DNA of 64,000 bases, from IMG/VR virus record IMGVR_UViG_3300046787_000200, positions 1-64,000 of that record, one strand, 5' to 3'. The translations under genes and the position numbers were made by a program. Numbering within the stretch: the first letter of the stretch is position 1; every line of letters begins with the position of its first letter. A model generated the notes under the pieces. The model saw only the letters and a list, made by a program, of their open reading frames with translations, was not told where the DNA came from and did not search any database. Shown here in pieces: positions 50,184-59,267 of the stretch.

Positions 50184-51413
50184 ATGGCATATACAATTGT
50201 AAAAAGTGATGGTACAACACTAACAACCATTGCTGACGGTACCATAAATACCACTAGTACTTCACTGGGATTGCCCGGTAGGAACTATGCAGGTTATGGT
50301 CAAACATTAGACACAAACTTTGTTTGGTTGACAGAAAATTTTGCAGATTCTACCCCTCCTGCAAACGCAATAACTGGGCAGTTATGGTATAACACTAACG
50401 CTAATACTTTATATGTTTCTCCGGTAGACAATCCTGCAAACGCAAATGTATGGGTTTCATTAGCAGTAAGTTCATCAAATTCAACATCTACTTTCGGATC
50501 AGTTCAAGTTACAGGTAATTTAACTGCAAATAACATTACTGCAAACAATAATGTTACAAGTGCAAATGGTATATTTACTAATATTTCAGTAAGTTCTACT
50601 GCTAATATTAGCTCAGGTACTGCAAATATCGGTACAGGTAATATTGCTTCATTGTTTACACAATCTATTAATGCAGGTTCACAATCAACAGCTATATCGT
50701 TGACTGGTGTATTAACTGCAAACGGTGCAGGTACTGCAAACAGTGTTGCAGGAACAAGTATGTGGGTTACAGGTGGTAATCTTGTTGTTACTGGTTCAGG
50801 CAACGTGGGTATTAGAACTGACTATTATTACTATGCAAACGGTGCCGCAATTAGCTTTGCCGGTTCATACTCAAATAGTAATGTAGCTTCATACTTACCA
50901 ACATATAATGGTGCGATACTAGCTACAACAGTTACAGCAACAACGTTAACTACTGGTGCAAATACTACAGCCGGTACGATAACAGGTAATTTCTCACTAA
51001 GTGCAGGTTCACGTTTGAATGCTACATACGCTGACTTGGCTGAACGCTTTGAAGCAGACAGCTATTATGATGCAGGTACTGTTGTTGAAATGGGCGGAGA
51101 TAAAGAAATTACTGCTGTAGTAAACGAATTAAGCGAAGATGTATTCGGTGTTGTATCTAATACAGCGGCTTATTTGATGAATTCAGCAGCCGGTGATGAT
51201 ACAACTCATCCACCAATCGCTGTAGGTGGGCGTGTTCCTGTTAAAGTAACAGGCAAAGTTCGTAAAGGTCAACGTTTAGTTAGTGCAGGTAATGGTATTG
51301 CACGTGCGGCTAAGCCAGGTGAAGCAACAGCATTCAACATTATTGGTCGTGCATTAGAACATAAGACGACAGATGAAATAGGGGCCGTAGAAGCCTTCGT
51401 TAAAATAAATTAA
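50184..51413 (+). CDS. Tail fibre with C-terminal intramolecular chaperone / peptidase G2-like autocleavage domain
   Basis: N-terminal baseplate anchor GRNYAGYG...ENFA...GQLWYN; C-terminal YADLAERFEAD...GTVVEMGG...GVVS...GRVPVKVTGKVRKGQRLVSAG. Confidence 0.7.
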   Translation: MAYTIVKSDGTTLTTIADGTINTTSTSLGLPGRNYAGYGQTLDTNFVWLTENFADSTPPANAITGQLWYNTNANTLYVSPVDNPANANVWVSLAVSSSNSTSTFGSVQVTGNLTANNITANNNVTSANGIFTNISVSSTANISSGTANIGTGNIASLFTQSINAGSQSTAISLTGVLTANGAGTANSVAGTSMWVTGGNLVVTGSGNVGIRTDYYYYANGAAISFAGSYSNSNVASYLPTYNGAILATTVTATTLTTGANTTAGTITGNFSLSAGSRLNATYADLAERFEADSYYDAGTVVEMGGDKEITAVVNELSEDVFGVVSNTAAYLMNSAAGDDTTHPPIAVGGRVPVKVTGKVRKGQRLVSAGNGIARAAKPGEATAFNIIGRALEHKTTDEIGAVEAFVKIN

Positions 51414-51422
51414 GGATAAACA

Positions 51423-52376
51423 ATGAGTTACGCACAATTTGGAACAATCGCGGCAGCAGACTTTAACACGTTGGTAGGAGGCAATCCTACTTCAACTGCC
51501 AATACACTAAATGCTACTTGGGCTACTGGTTCAGGTGCCGCAGGGTATGGTCAAACTGCACAAGCAAACGTATCAGTAGGTCAAACTATTGGTGCATCAG
51601 AATGGGCTAACTTGGTTAATAGAACAGCAAGTGCCGCAAGTCATCAAGGTTCAAGTATCACTAGTGTTACTGCTCCTAGTGCAGGTGGTGTCATTACTTA
51701 CTTGTCTGCTATCCCTACAAACTTGCAGACAATTTACACTAACAGACGTAATGCCGCAACACAAAGTTCTACTACAAGTAATGCAGTAACTTCCGCATCT
51801 ACATGGTCTAGTCTTGCAACATTCACGCATACAGCAACTTTTGCTAATGGAGATGCCGCACGTTATTTCTTTAACTCAGGTGGTCAATTAGCAATTACAG
51901 TATCACATGCTAATACTACATCTGGTATCAATTTGTTGTTGAATCAGTTATGTACTAACGTAGGTACAGTTGTACTAAGTTCAGTAACATCAGGAACAGC
52001 AACAATTGCAAGTACATCATATAATGGTATCACTAAAGTAGGTGGTGGCGGTAATAGTCCAACTATCTCAACAAATAGTGGATATTATAACTTGACAACA
52101 AGTAATGCTAACGTATTCTATCAAACTGCATCAACTGGTCCTTCTGGATACCTATCTACTAACATTAATATCTTTATTAAAACAAATGGAACAGTTGGAT
52201 CTAACGGTGACGTTGGTAACGTTGTTACTATCTATACAGTTTGGGACGAGATTCCAAACGGATTGACAGTTGGTACAGGTGCTACAACTACGTTGACAGT
52301 TCGTCCACCCGAAGTTACTAACTTAGCAAATACCTGGGGCACGATTAGCCTTGCAGGTTCTGTAACACAATCTTAA
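51423..52376 (+). CDS. Ser/Thr/Gly-rich virion fibre or tip protein
   Basis: Beta-rich composition; ARYFFNSGG motif; AAGGA RBS; lies in the fibre cluster. Confidence 0.55.
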   Translation: MSYAQFGTIAAADFNTLVGGNPTSTANTLNATWATGSGAAGYGQTAQANVSVGQTIGASEWANLVNRTASAASHQGSSITSVTAPSAGGVITYLSAIPTNLQTIYTNRRNAATQSSTTSNAVTSASTWSSLATFTHTATFANGDAARYFFNSGGQLAITVSHANTTSGINLLLNQLCTNVGTVVLSSVTSGTATIASTSYNGITKVGGGGNSPTISTNSGYYNLTTSNANVFYQTASTGPSGYLSTNINIFIKTNGTVGSNGDVGNVVTIYTVWDEIPNGLTVGTGATTTLTVRPPEVTNLANTWGTISLAGSVTQS

Positions 52377-52401
52377 TTTTTATCAACAGCTTGGTATCTA
52401 T

Positions 52402-52408
52402 CTAAATA
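52402..52408 (+). promoter_or_regulatory. Late-type promoter heading the glycosyltransferase / radical SAM operon
   Basis: CTAAATA box of the same class as those before structural genes, followed by an AGGAG RBS. Confidence 0.6.
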
Positions 52409-52425
52409 CTCGTAGGAGTAAACAG

Positions 52426-52734
52426 ATGGATACCAAAACCTTAATCAGCGAGGCGAAAGCCAGATTTAATCACAACGCTGCCAAAGCCCAATTAAAAGAC
52501 AAATATGACGGTAAGCTTATTATAGCAGATCAAGGGGGACTTTGGAAAGCGACCCCTGAACTTATTTCTTTTCTTAATTCAGCGTCAGAAGATAACTTTG
52601 TAATACTAATTGATAACTTTGATAATCCGGTACAAGTTGACAGAGAAAAACTGTTAACAGTATTAAAAAGCACACATCAAAAAGTTATGCTTGAATGGCA
52701 TAAAGAATGGAAAGAACTAGAGTCAAAACGATGA
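52426..52734 (+). CDS. Hypothetical protein (possible fibre assembly chaperone)
   Basis: Strong AGGAG RBS; first gene after the fibre genes. Function is inferred from position only. Confidence 0.6.
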   Translation: MDTKTLISEAKARFNHNAAKAQLKDKYDGKLIIADQGGLWKATPELISFLNSASEDNFVILIDNFDNPVQVDREKLLTVLKSTHQKVMLEWHKEWKELESKR

Positions 52735-53534
52735 ATAGAGGTGCAATATTATTTGCGTTCAACTCACCAAAGTTTAACTACTATGAGATGGCAGTTGCAA
52801 CAGCAAAAAGAGTAAATCATTTCTTAGATATACCTGTTACTGTAGTAACGGATGAATCATCTATTTCTGATTCGGCATATCAATTTGATAAAACTATTAT
52901 CGTAGAACCTGATAAAAGCAATAGCAGAGATTGGGGAATGTGGATCAATAAAGGTCGATACCAAGCATATGAACTAAGTCCATATGATGAGACCTTATTA
53001 CTTGATACTGACTACATGGTCAACTCAAATAAGATATTAGATGTATTCAATTACTATGATGATTTTTGTTGCCATAATAAAACTAGTTTCTTAATGCAGC
53101 CGGGTCTACCACAAGAAGTATTAAGTGTGTATAGCTTTGATACATTATGGGCTACTGTAGTTGCATTTAAGAAATCTAATCGTACTAAACAAATCTTTGA
53201 ATGCTTAGAAATGGTTCAAAAGAATTTCGAACATTACAGCAACTTACATGGATTTGTTGCAGGTACCTTTAGAAATGATTACGCATTAACATTAGCACTT
53301 AGAATTGCTAATGGACATTCAAGTGTTAAGCAAGATTTCATACCTTGGAATCTTGTTCATTTAGGTCAAAAGAATGTGCATATCTATAGAAACAATGATG
53401 ATGAATTCAATACTGAGTACACAGTAATGTATGACAACTGGCAACGTGGTAAAATCAAAAAAGAATATATTACGATTAAAGATATGGATTTTCATGTAAT
53501 GAACAAACTTAATTTTATGGAGTTAATAGCATGA
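52731..53534 (+). CDS. GT-A fold glycosyltransferase (GT8/GT71-like), copy 1
   Basis: SPYDETLLLDTDY DxD motif. The start is probably the ATG at 52731 (ATGA overlap), not 52707. Confidence 0.7.
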   Translation: MNRGAILFAFNSPKFNYYEMAVATAKRVNHFLDIPVTVVTDESSISDSAYQFDKTIIVEPDKSNSRDWGMWINKGRYQAYELSPYDETLLLDTDYMVNSNKILDVFNYYDDFCCHNKTSFLMQPGLPQEVLSVYSFDTLWATVVAFKKSNRTKQIFECLEMVQKNFEHYSNLHGFVAGTFRNDYALTLALRIANGHSSVKQDFIPWNLVHLGQKNVHIYRNNDDEFNTEYTVMYDNWQRGKIKKEYITIKDMDFHVMNKLNFMELIA

Positions 53535-54304
53535 CCCGTGGCTTTGTAATTATGGCACAGAATACAGAAAAAACTGACTATGTTAAATGTGCAAAAGTTT
53601 TAGAACAAAGCATCAAACGTGTTATGCCCGATGCCAATGTAACTATAATAACAACTGATATGTTACCATACGGTGACCAAGCTATTGATAGTGATTGGAA
53701 ACTTAATAATGATTGGCAAGTTTATGAAGCAAGCCCATATGATGAAACAATTAAGTTAGAAGCGGATATGTTTATCCCTAGAGATATCTCGCATTGGTTT
53801 GATATTTTAAGTGTTCAGGATGTAGTAATATGCACTAAAATTCGTAATTATAAAGGTGTGTTATCAGATGTGAAAGTTTATAGAAAGTTCATTGATGATA
53901 ACAATTTACCAGATACATATAACGCTATTACTTATTTTAAAAAGTCAGATACGGCAGAACGGTTTTATAAAATAGTAAGAGATGTATTTGAAAATTGGGA
54001 TGAATACAAATCAATATTAAAATGTAAACCAACAGAAGAAGCAACAACTGATTGGGTTTATGCAATTGCAAGTCATATAATAGGGGTAGATAAAACAACA
54101 CTACCGAATTTTGATGAACTATCAATGACCCATATGAAACAATTTGTTGTTGGAACTACAACAGAAAATTGGACGGACACGCTTGTATATGAAATATTAC
54201 CGCATGCATTAAGAGTGAATACATATCCACAAGAATATCCGTTTCACTATCATTACAAAGAATTTTCTGATAGAATACTAGAAAGCTACAAATGGAACAC
54301 GTAA
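53531..54304 (+). CDS. GT-A fold glycosyltransferase, copy 2 (paralogue)
   Basis: SPYDETIKLEADM; shares the RGxxxxAxN start and overall layout with copy 1. Confidence 0.65.
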   Translation: MTRGFVIMAQNTEKTDYVKCAKVLEQSIKRVMPDANVTIITTDMLPYGDQAIDSDWKLNNDWQVYEASPYDETIKLEADMFIPRDISHWFDILSVQDVVICTKIRNYKGVLSDVKVYRKFIDDNNLPDTYNAITYFKKSDTAERFYKIVRDVFENWDEYKSILKCKPTEEATTDWVYAIASHIIGVDKTTLPNFDELSMTHMKQFVVGTTTENWTDTLVYEILPHALRVNTYPQEYPFHYHYKEFSDRILESYKWNT

Positions 54305-54624
54305 TACTTTGGGAACAGCCCCCATTAGAAAAGCCTGAATTCAGATTATACTATGATGACAAGGGTAAAGTAATATGTTACTCTTGTGAAAAGATTGAAG
54401 GTAATTACATCATCATCGATGCGGCAACATACGCTGCCGGCAGACCTGACATAAGAGTAATTGAAGGTAAGATATCTACTGCTATTCCTAGTTTAGTTGT
54501 TTCAAAATTAATGCCCAATGCAGAAGGTATTACGTGTACTGAAGAAGATATTAGTATTGTAGTTGATGACAAATACAAAGATAAAATTATTAAATGGAAG
54601 CTAAACACATATGAACTCGAATGA
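54292..54624 (+). CDS. Hypothetical protein
   Basis: 110-aa ORF overlapping both neighbours. Confidence 0.7.
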   Translation: MEHVILWEQPPLEKPEFRLYYDDKGKVICYSCEKIEGNYIIIDAATYAAGRPDIRVIEGKISTAIPSLVVSKLMPNAEGITCTEEDISIVVDDKYKDKIIKWKLNTYELE

Positions 54625-55564
54625 TATTATTGACGTTGCAGACTTAGATTGCATCTATCTAAGTTATGACGAGCCACAGAAAGAAGAATTCTGGCTAAAG
54701 ATTAAGAACATGGTGCCTTGGGCAAAACGTGTCGATGGCGTTAAAGGCAGTGATGCGGCACACAAAGCCGCCGGTGAAGCAAGTGACACAGAACGCTTTA
54801 TTCTAATTGATGGCGATAATATGCCAGAAGAAAGTTTCTTTAATATTCAATTAGACTTCACCGGGAAAGACGAATCATTTAAGAAAGCACAGTTTCGTTG
54901 GAAAGCAATCAACAACATCAACGGATTGCGTTACGGAAATGGTGGTATGAGTTCTTGGACTAAAGAATATGTAGCCAACATGAAAACACATGAACATCAA
55001 AAAGATGGTGATGTGTCACGTATTGCTGACTTCTGCATGGGCGGTGATGACAATTTGTATTGGGCTATGTGGGATTGTTATTCAACTACATATCCAAATA
55101 TGACACCATTCCAAGCTTGGCGTGCAGGTTTCCGTGAAGGTGTTAAGATGAGTTTAGATAGAGGTGCTCGTCCTACAGTAGATCAATTTAAAGAAACAGT
55201 AGCAAGTCGTAACTTAGATAACTTAACAATATGGCATAATGTTGGTGCAGATGTTGAAAACGGTGAGTGGGCTATATATGGTGCTCGTCTTGGTACATAT
55301 ATGACTATGCTTACAGAATGGGATCATACTAACGTTCAATGGTTTGATAACTATATCACATTGTGGGAAGAACATGTGAATAGAGATCCTGTACGTGAAT
55401 CAGCATTGCTAGGAGCCGCACTGAATAATAAGCTAGGACTACCGATGGCTACGTTAGATGGGTTACAAAGTAAGTTCTTTAAACGTCATTATGGCGCAGA
55501 CAAATACAATCGAGGACCTCTTGTAACAGAGATGGAAGTGATTCGTAAGATTGAGGGCTGGTGA
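54611..55564 (+). CDS. Glycosyltransferase-like protein (GT-A, DGD motif)
   Basis: IYLSYDEP...AAHKAA...RFILIDGDN...YGNGG pattern with a DxD motif after a hydrophobic strand. Confidence 0.5.
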   Translation: MNSNDIIDVADLDCIYLSYDEPQKEEFWLKIKNMVPWAKRVDGVKGSDAAHKAAGEASDTERFILIDGDNMPEESFFNIQLDFTGKDESFKKAQFRWKAINNINGLRYGNGGMSSWTKEYVANMKTHEHQKDGDVSRIADFCMGGDDNLYWAMWDCYSTTYPNMTPFQAWRAGFREGVKMSLDRGARPTVDQFKETVASRNLDNLTIWHNVGADVENGEWAIYGARLGTYMTMLTEWDHTNVQWFDNYITLWEEHVNRDPVRESALLGAALNNKLGLPMATLDGLQSKFFKRHYGADKYNRGPLVTEMEVIRKIEGW

Positions 55565-56169
55565 TGATTTGGAAAAATGTTTATAGTTCAGACCCGACTG
55601 ATACCAAAGAGGCTAGTGAATATTTGAATAAACTATATCCTTATCTAAAAATTTGCGAAAATAAGAAAATTTTAGAAATTGGACCATTTAATGGGACACA
55701 CACTCAAGTTGTCAAATCGTACAATCCAGAAAGTGTTACCCTAGTAGAATTATATGAACATGCACTAATCGCATTGAAACAAGATTATTCAGACTATGAA
55801 ATAGTAGAGAATGATATATTTCACTACCTAGAAAAACCGCGTGATTTTGATGTGGTATTATGTTGCGGAGTCCTATATCATTTACATGCACCTTTGTATC
55901 TATTAGAGTTAATAGTGAATAGAATTTCCCCTCAATTTGTGTGCTTAGAATCATATGACACTAGTTTACATGCACACCAAGAAGATGACAATACTCCAGG
56001 TGCAAGGCAAATAGTACCGGGTTGGAAATCATCTAATATATCAATTCAACTTCCTAAAGAAATAATAATCACTGCTATGCAAAATTTAGGATATAAATTA
56101 AATGTATATGATGATTCGTTGGTAAAATTTAAAAATAAACCTTTTTTCTGTGTGTTTGAAAAAGTATGA
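55561..56169 (+). CDS. Class I SAM-dependent methyltransferase
   Basis: ILEIGPFNG motif I, LVE acidic motif II, FDVVLCCGVLYHL motif IV. Confidence 0.85.
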   Translation: MMIWKNVYSSDPTDTKEASEYLNKLYPYLKICENKKILEIGPFNGTHTQVVKSYNPESVTLVELYEHALIALKQDYSDYEIVENDIFHYLEKPRDFDVVLCCGVLYHLHAPLYLLELIVNRISPQFVCLESYDTSLHAHQEDDNTPGARQIVPGWKSSNISIQLPKEIIITAMQNLGYKLNVYDDSLVKFKNKPFFCVFEKV

Positions 56170-57731
56170 GCGGAGAATACGATCAATTTGCTAGAGATAT
56201 GCGTGACCGCTTAAATGCAGTCAGTCCATCTCTATGTCTTGCTAAATGGCAACAAGTAAGTTTACACTTACCAAGTGGAATGACACAAAGTTGTTATCAC
56301 CCGCCTACACATAAGATTCCACTAGAACTATTGGAAACTAAACCTAGTGCATTACACAATACGCCAATTAAAATCTACGAGCGTAAACAGATGCTTGAGG
56401 GCAAAAGACCTGAAGGTTGTAGCTATTGTTGGAAAGTAGAAGATGCTCAAAGTGATGATCCTAAAGGTCATATGAGTGATAGACATTATCGTAGTAGCGA
56501 ATGGTGGAATGCACCCACGTTTGAAGAAGTAACTACTAATAAGTTTGATTATGATGTTACCCCACGCTATGTAGAAGTAAACTTCAATCAAGCATGTAAT
56601 TTCAAATGCATGTACTGTAGTCCTCACTTATCTACAAGTTGGGAAGAAGAAATTAGAAAACACGGACCTTATCCTCTAGCAACATTATCACATAATGATA
56701 TCGGTGCATTAGAGAATAAAGGTATGATGCCACTTAAAGTAGCAAACAAAGATAACCCATACGTTGAAGCATTTTGGAAATGGTTCCCTGAAATCTATCG
56801 TAAACTACGTGTATTCAGAATGACAGGTGGTGAGCCACTTATGGACAAAAATACATTCAAAGTGTTAGACTATGTGAACGAGAATCCTCACGGTCAGCTT
56901 GAGTTATCCATTACAAGCAATATGTGTCCTCCGGATCAGAAGTTATTTGATAAGTTTGTTGAGAAAGTCAAAGCAATTGAAACACTACGCACATACGAAG
57001 ATAAAGAAAATTTTAATGAGTTCAGTGGCAATCATTGGTATGTAGATAAAGGATTCAAACACTTTTGGTTATTTGTATCATTAGACGGCTTTGGTGAACA
57101 AGCTGAATATATGCGTACTGGTTTAGAGTTTGACCGTATGTTAAATAACGTTCGTACATTCTTACGTGAAACGAAATACAGTACAGTTAGCTTCATCAAT
57201 ACTTTTAACATCATGTCTATTCCTAGCTTACATAAGTTTTTAGAAATGGTACTAGAGTTGAGAGCAGAGTTCGGTGGTCGTAGTCAAGTTGAGTTTGAGA
57301 TTGCACCCGATCAGACTGACGTAGAGAAAGAAAACAACATTGTACATAAAGTTTATAAACAAAAGAAGTTCCAGCGTGTATTCTTTGATATTCCAATCTT
57401 AAGGTATCCACCATGGTTCAGTATTCAGAATGCAGGACAATATGGTATTGATGAAGTAGAACGTTGCTTGAAGTATATGGAAGATAATGTACAAGGTGAT
57501 GACTATTTGGAAACATTCGAGGGATTTAAACCGTATGAGATATTGAAAATTAAGCGAGACCTTGCTATAATGAAAGAATCTCTACCCCAAGATCAACTCT
57601 TACTAAATAAAAAGAACTTCTACATGTTCATTACAGAATATGATAGACGCAGGCAGACGAATTTTATGGAAACTTTCCCAGAACTAAAGAGTTACTGGAG
57701 AGAGTGTATCAAAGCACATACTAAACACTAA
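56166..57731 (+). CDS. Radical SAM protein with N-terminal twitch domain, copy 1
   Basis: CNFKCMYC and MTGGEP; N-terminal CLAKW...SCYHP...CSYC. Confidence 0.9.
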   Translation: MSGEYDQFARDMRDRLNAVSPSLCLAKWQQVSLHLPSGMTQSCYHPPTHKIPLELLETKPSALHNTPIKIYERKQMLEGKRPEGCSYCWKVEDAQSDDPKGHMSDRHYRSSEWWNAPTFEEVTTNKFDYDVTPRYVEVNFNQACNFKCMYCSPHLSTSWEEEIRKHGPYPLATLSHNDIGALENKGMMPLKVANKDNPYVEAFWKWFPEIYRKLRVFRMTGGEPLMDKNTFKVLDYVNENPHGQLELSITSNMCPPDQKLFDKFVEKVKAIETLRTYEDKENFNEFSGNHWYVDKGFKHFWLFVSLDGFGEQAEYMRTGLEFDRMLNNVRTFLRETKYSTVSFINTFNIMSIPSLHKFLEMVLELRAEFGGRSQVEFEIAPDQTDVEKENNIVHKVYKQKKFQRVFFDIPILRYPPWFSIQNAGQYGIDEVERCLKYMEDNVQGDDYLETFEGFKPYEILKIKRDLAIMKESLPQDQLLLNKKNFYMFITEYDRRRQTNFMETFPELKSYWRECIKAHTKH

Positions 57732-57740
57732 GGAAAATAA

Positions 57741-59267
57741 ATGGCAGGCAAAAGACACGAAGAAAGCTTCTCAGCATACAAAGCACGACTAATCGACCCA
57801 ATCAGCGATAGCTATTGTGCCGCTAAATGGCTTAATGCTACTATCTGGTTAGGTAACGGACAAACAACTAGTTGTCACCACCCATTAGGTCACCAGATTG
57901 ATGCTAATGAATTAGTTACTAACCCATCAGCGATTCACAATACACCGCACAAGAAGTACATGCGTAAGTTGATGCAAGAAGGTAAGCGTCCACAAGAATG
58001 TGAATACTGCTGGAAGATTGAAGATATCGGTCGTAACAACATCAGTGACCGTGTTTATAAAACTGCGGTGTTTGAAGAATCAGACATTCTACATACTGCT
58101 AAAGCAGATTGGCAAGAAAATACAATGTTGAAAACATTAGAAATTTCTTTTGACCGTACATGTAACTTTGCTTGCTCATACTGCAACCCATCATTCAGTA
58201 CTACATGGGTTAAAGATATTCACAAGTATGGTCCTTATCGTAATATTGATGGTGATGCACGTAGTCACTTCATTAACGAAGCTGACCATGCTAAACCTAT
58301 CCCGGATGATATCAATCCATATTCACAAGCGTTCTGGCGCTGGTGGGAAGAAGGACTTGCTGATAACTTAGAAGAAATTCGAATTACAGGTGGAGAACCA
58401 CTCATGGCTCCTGGCGTATGGAAGTTGTTTGAATGGTTCAGAGATAACCAAGAACGTGTAAAGAATCGTCCAGATGGTAAAGTATTGCGTTATGCAGTTA
58501 ATAGTAACTTAGTACCTAAGGATGAAATCATGGACAAACTAATTGAATTAAGTCACTATGTGCCATGGTTAGAAGTATACACAAGTTGTGAAGCTTTCGG
58601 TGCACATGCGGAATATATCCGTGATGGATTTGATTGGAACAAGTGGATTCATAACTTGCAACGATTGCATACTGAAGGTAATATTAAAAAGACACACATG
58701 ATGATGACTATCAATAGTTTGTGTTTGTCTAGTATTGTACAATTTATGGATCAGATGATGGAATTCAAAAAGATTCACAATACAACTTATCCTACAATGA
58801 GCTTGAACATTCTACGTTTCCCTAGCTTCCAGTCATGTGCTATGTTGCCAATGGATATTCGTCAGAAGTATGCAAATGAATTGCAAGTGTGGTTAGACGC
58901 ACAGATTGCAGCCGATTTCAGAACAACTGAAGGCGCACCTATGCTTATGAGTATTGAGCGTGAGCAGACACAACGTTTAATTGATTACCTTGACGTTGTT
59001 AAGACTCCTCACAAAAACGTGAAAGACATTGAACAGAACCGTAGAGACTTTAAACAATTCTATGCACAGTATGATGTACGTAGAGGTAAGAGTTTCCGTA
59101 ACACTTTCCCACCAGAGTTCGTTGCGTTCTATGACAGCATTCAAACTGAACTACCTACAGCGGATGAAATTATTACAGGTAATTATCGTGCAGGGGTTGA
59201 TATGATTCCAGATCATCCGCCTGAAGATCCAAGTAAGGATGTTTTTGTTAACCCAGACTTACAATGA
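57741..59267 (+). CDS. Radical SAM protein with N-terminal twitch domain, copy 2
   Basis: CNFACSYC and ITGGEP; N-terminal CAAKW...SCHHP...CEYC. Confidence 0.9.
   Translation: MAGKRHEESFSAYKARLIDPISDSYCAAKWLNATIWLGNGQTTSCHHPLGHQIDANELVTNPSAIHNTPHKKYMRKLMQEGKRPQECEYCWKIEDIGRNNISDRVYKTAVFEESDILHTAKADWQENTMLKTLEISFDRTCNFACSYCNPSFSTTWVKDIHKYGPYRNIDGDARSHFINEADHAKPIPDDINPYSQAFWRWWEEGLADNLEEIRITGGEPLMAPGVWKLFEWFRDNQERVKNRPDGKVLRYAVNSNLVPKDEIMDKLIELSHYVPWLEVYTSCEAFGAHAEYIRDGFDWNKWIHNLQRLHTEGNIKKTHMMMTINSLCLSSIVQFMDQMMEFKKIHNTTYPTMSLNILRFPSFQSCAMLPMDIRQKYANELQVWLDAQIAADFRTTEGAPMLMSIEREQTQRLIDYLDVVKTPHKNVKDIEQNRRDFKQFYAQYDVRRGKSFRNTFPPEFVAFYDSIQTELPTADEIITGNYRAGVDMIPDHPPEDPSKDVFVNPDLQ

Noticed and set aside
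52707-52730. Upstream start for the first glycosyltransferase given by the ORF track
   Set aside because: The ATG at 52731 forms the ATGA overlap used throughout the operon and aligns with the start of the paralogue.
49378-52734. Small ORFs (50 aa, 102 aa) as RiPP precursor peptides for the radical SAM enzymes
   Set aside because: They show no leader/core pattern or Cys/Trp-rich core, no RiPP recognition element, protease or exporter is present, and the companion enzymes are sugar-type. Less likely but not formally excluded.
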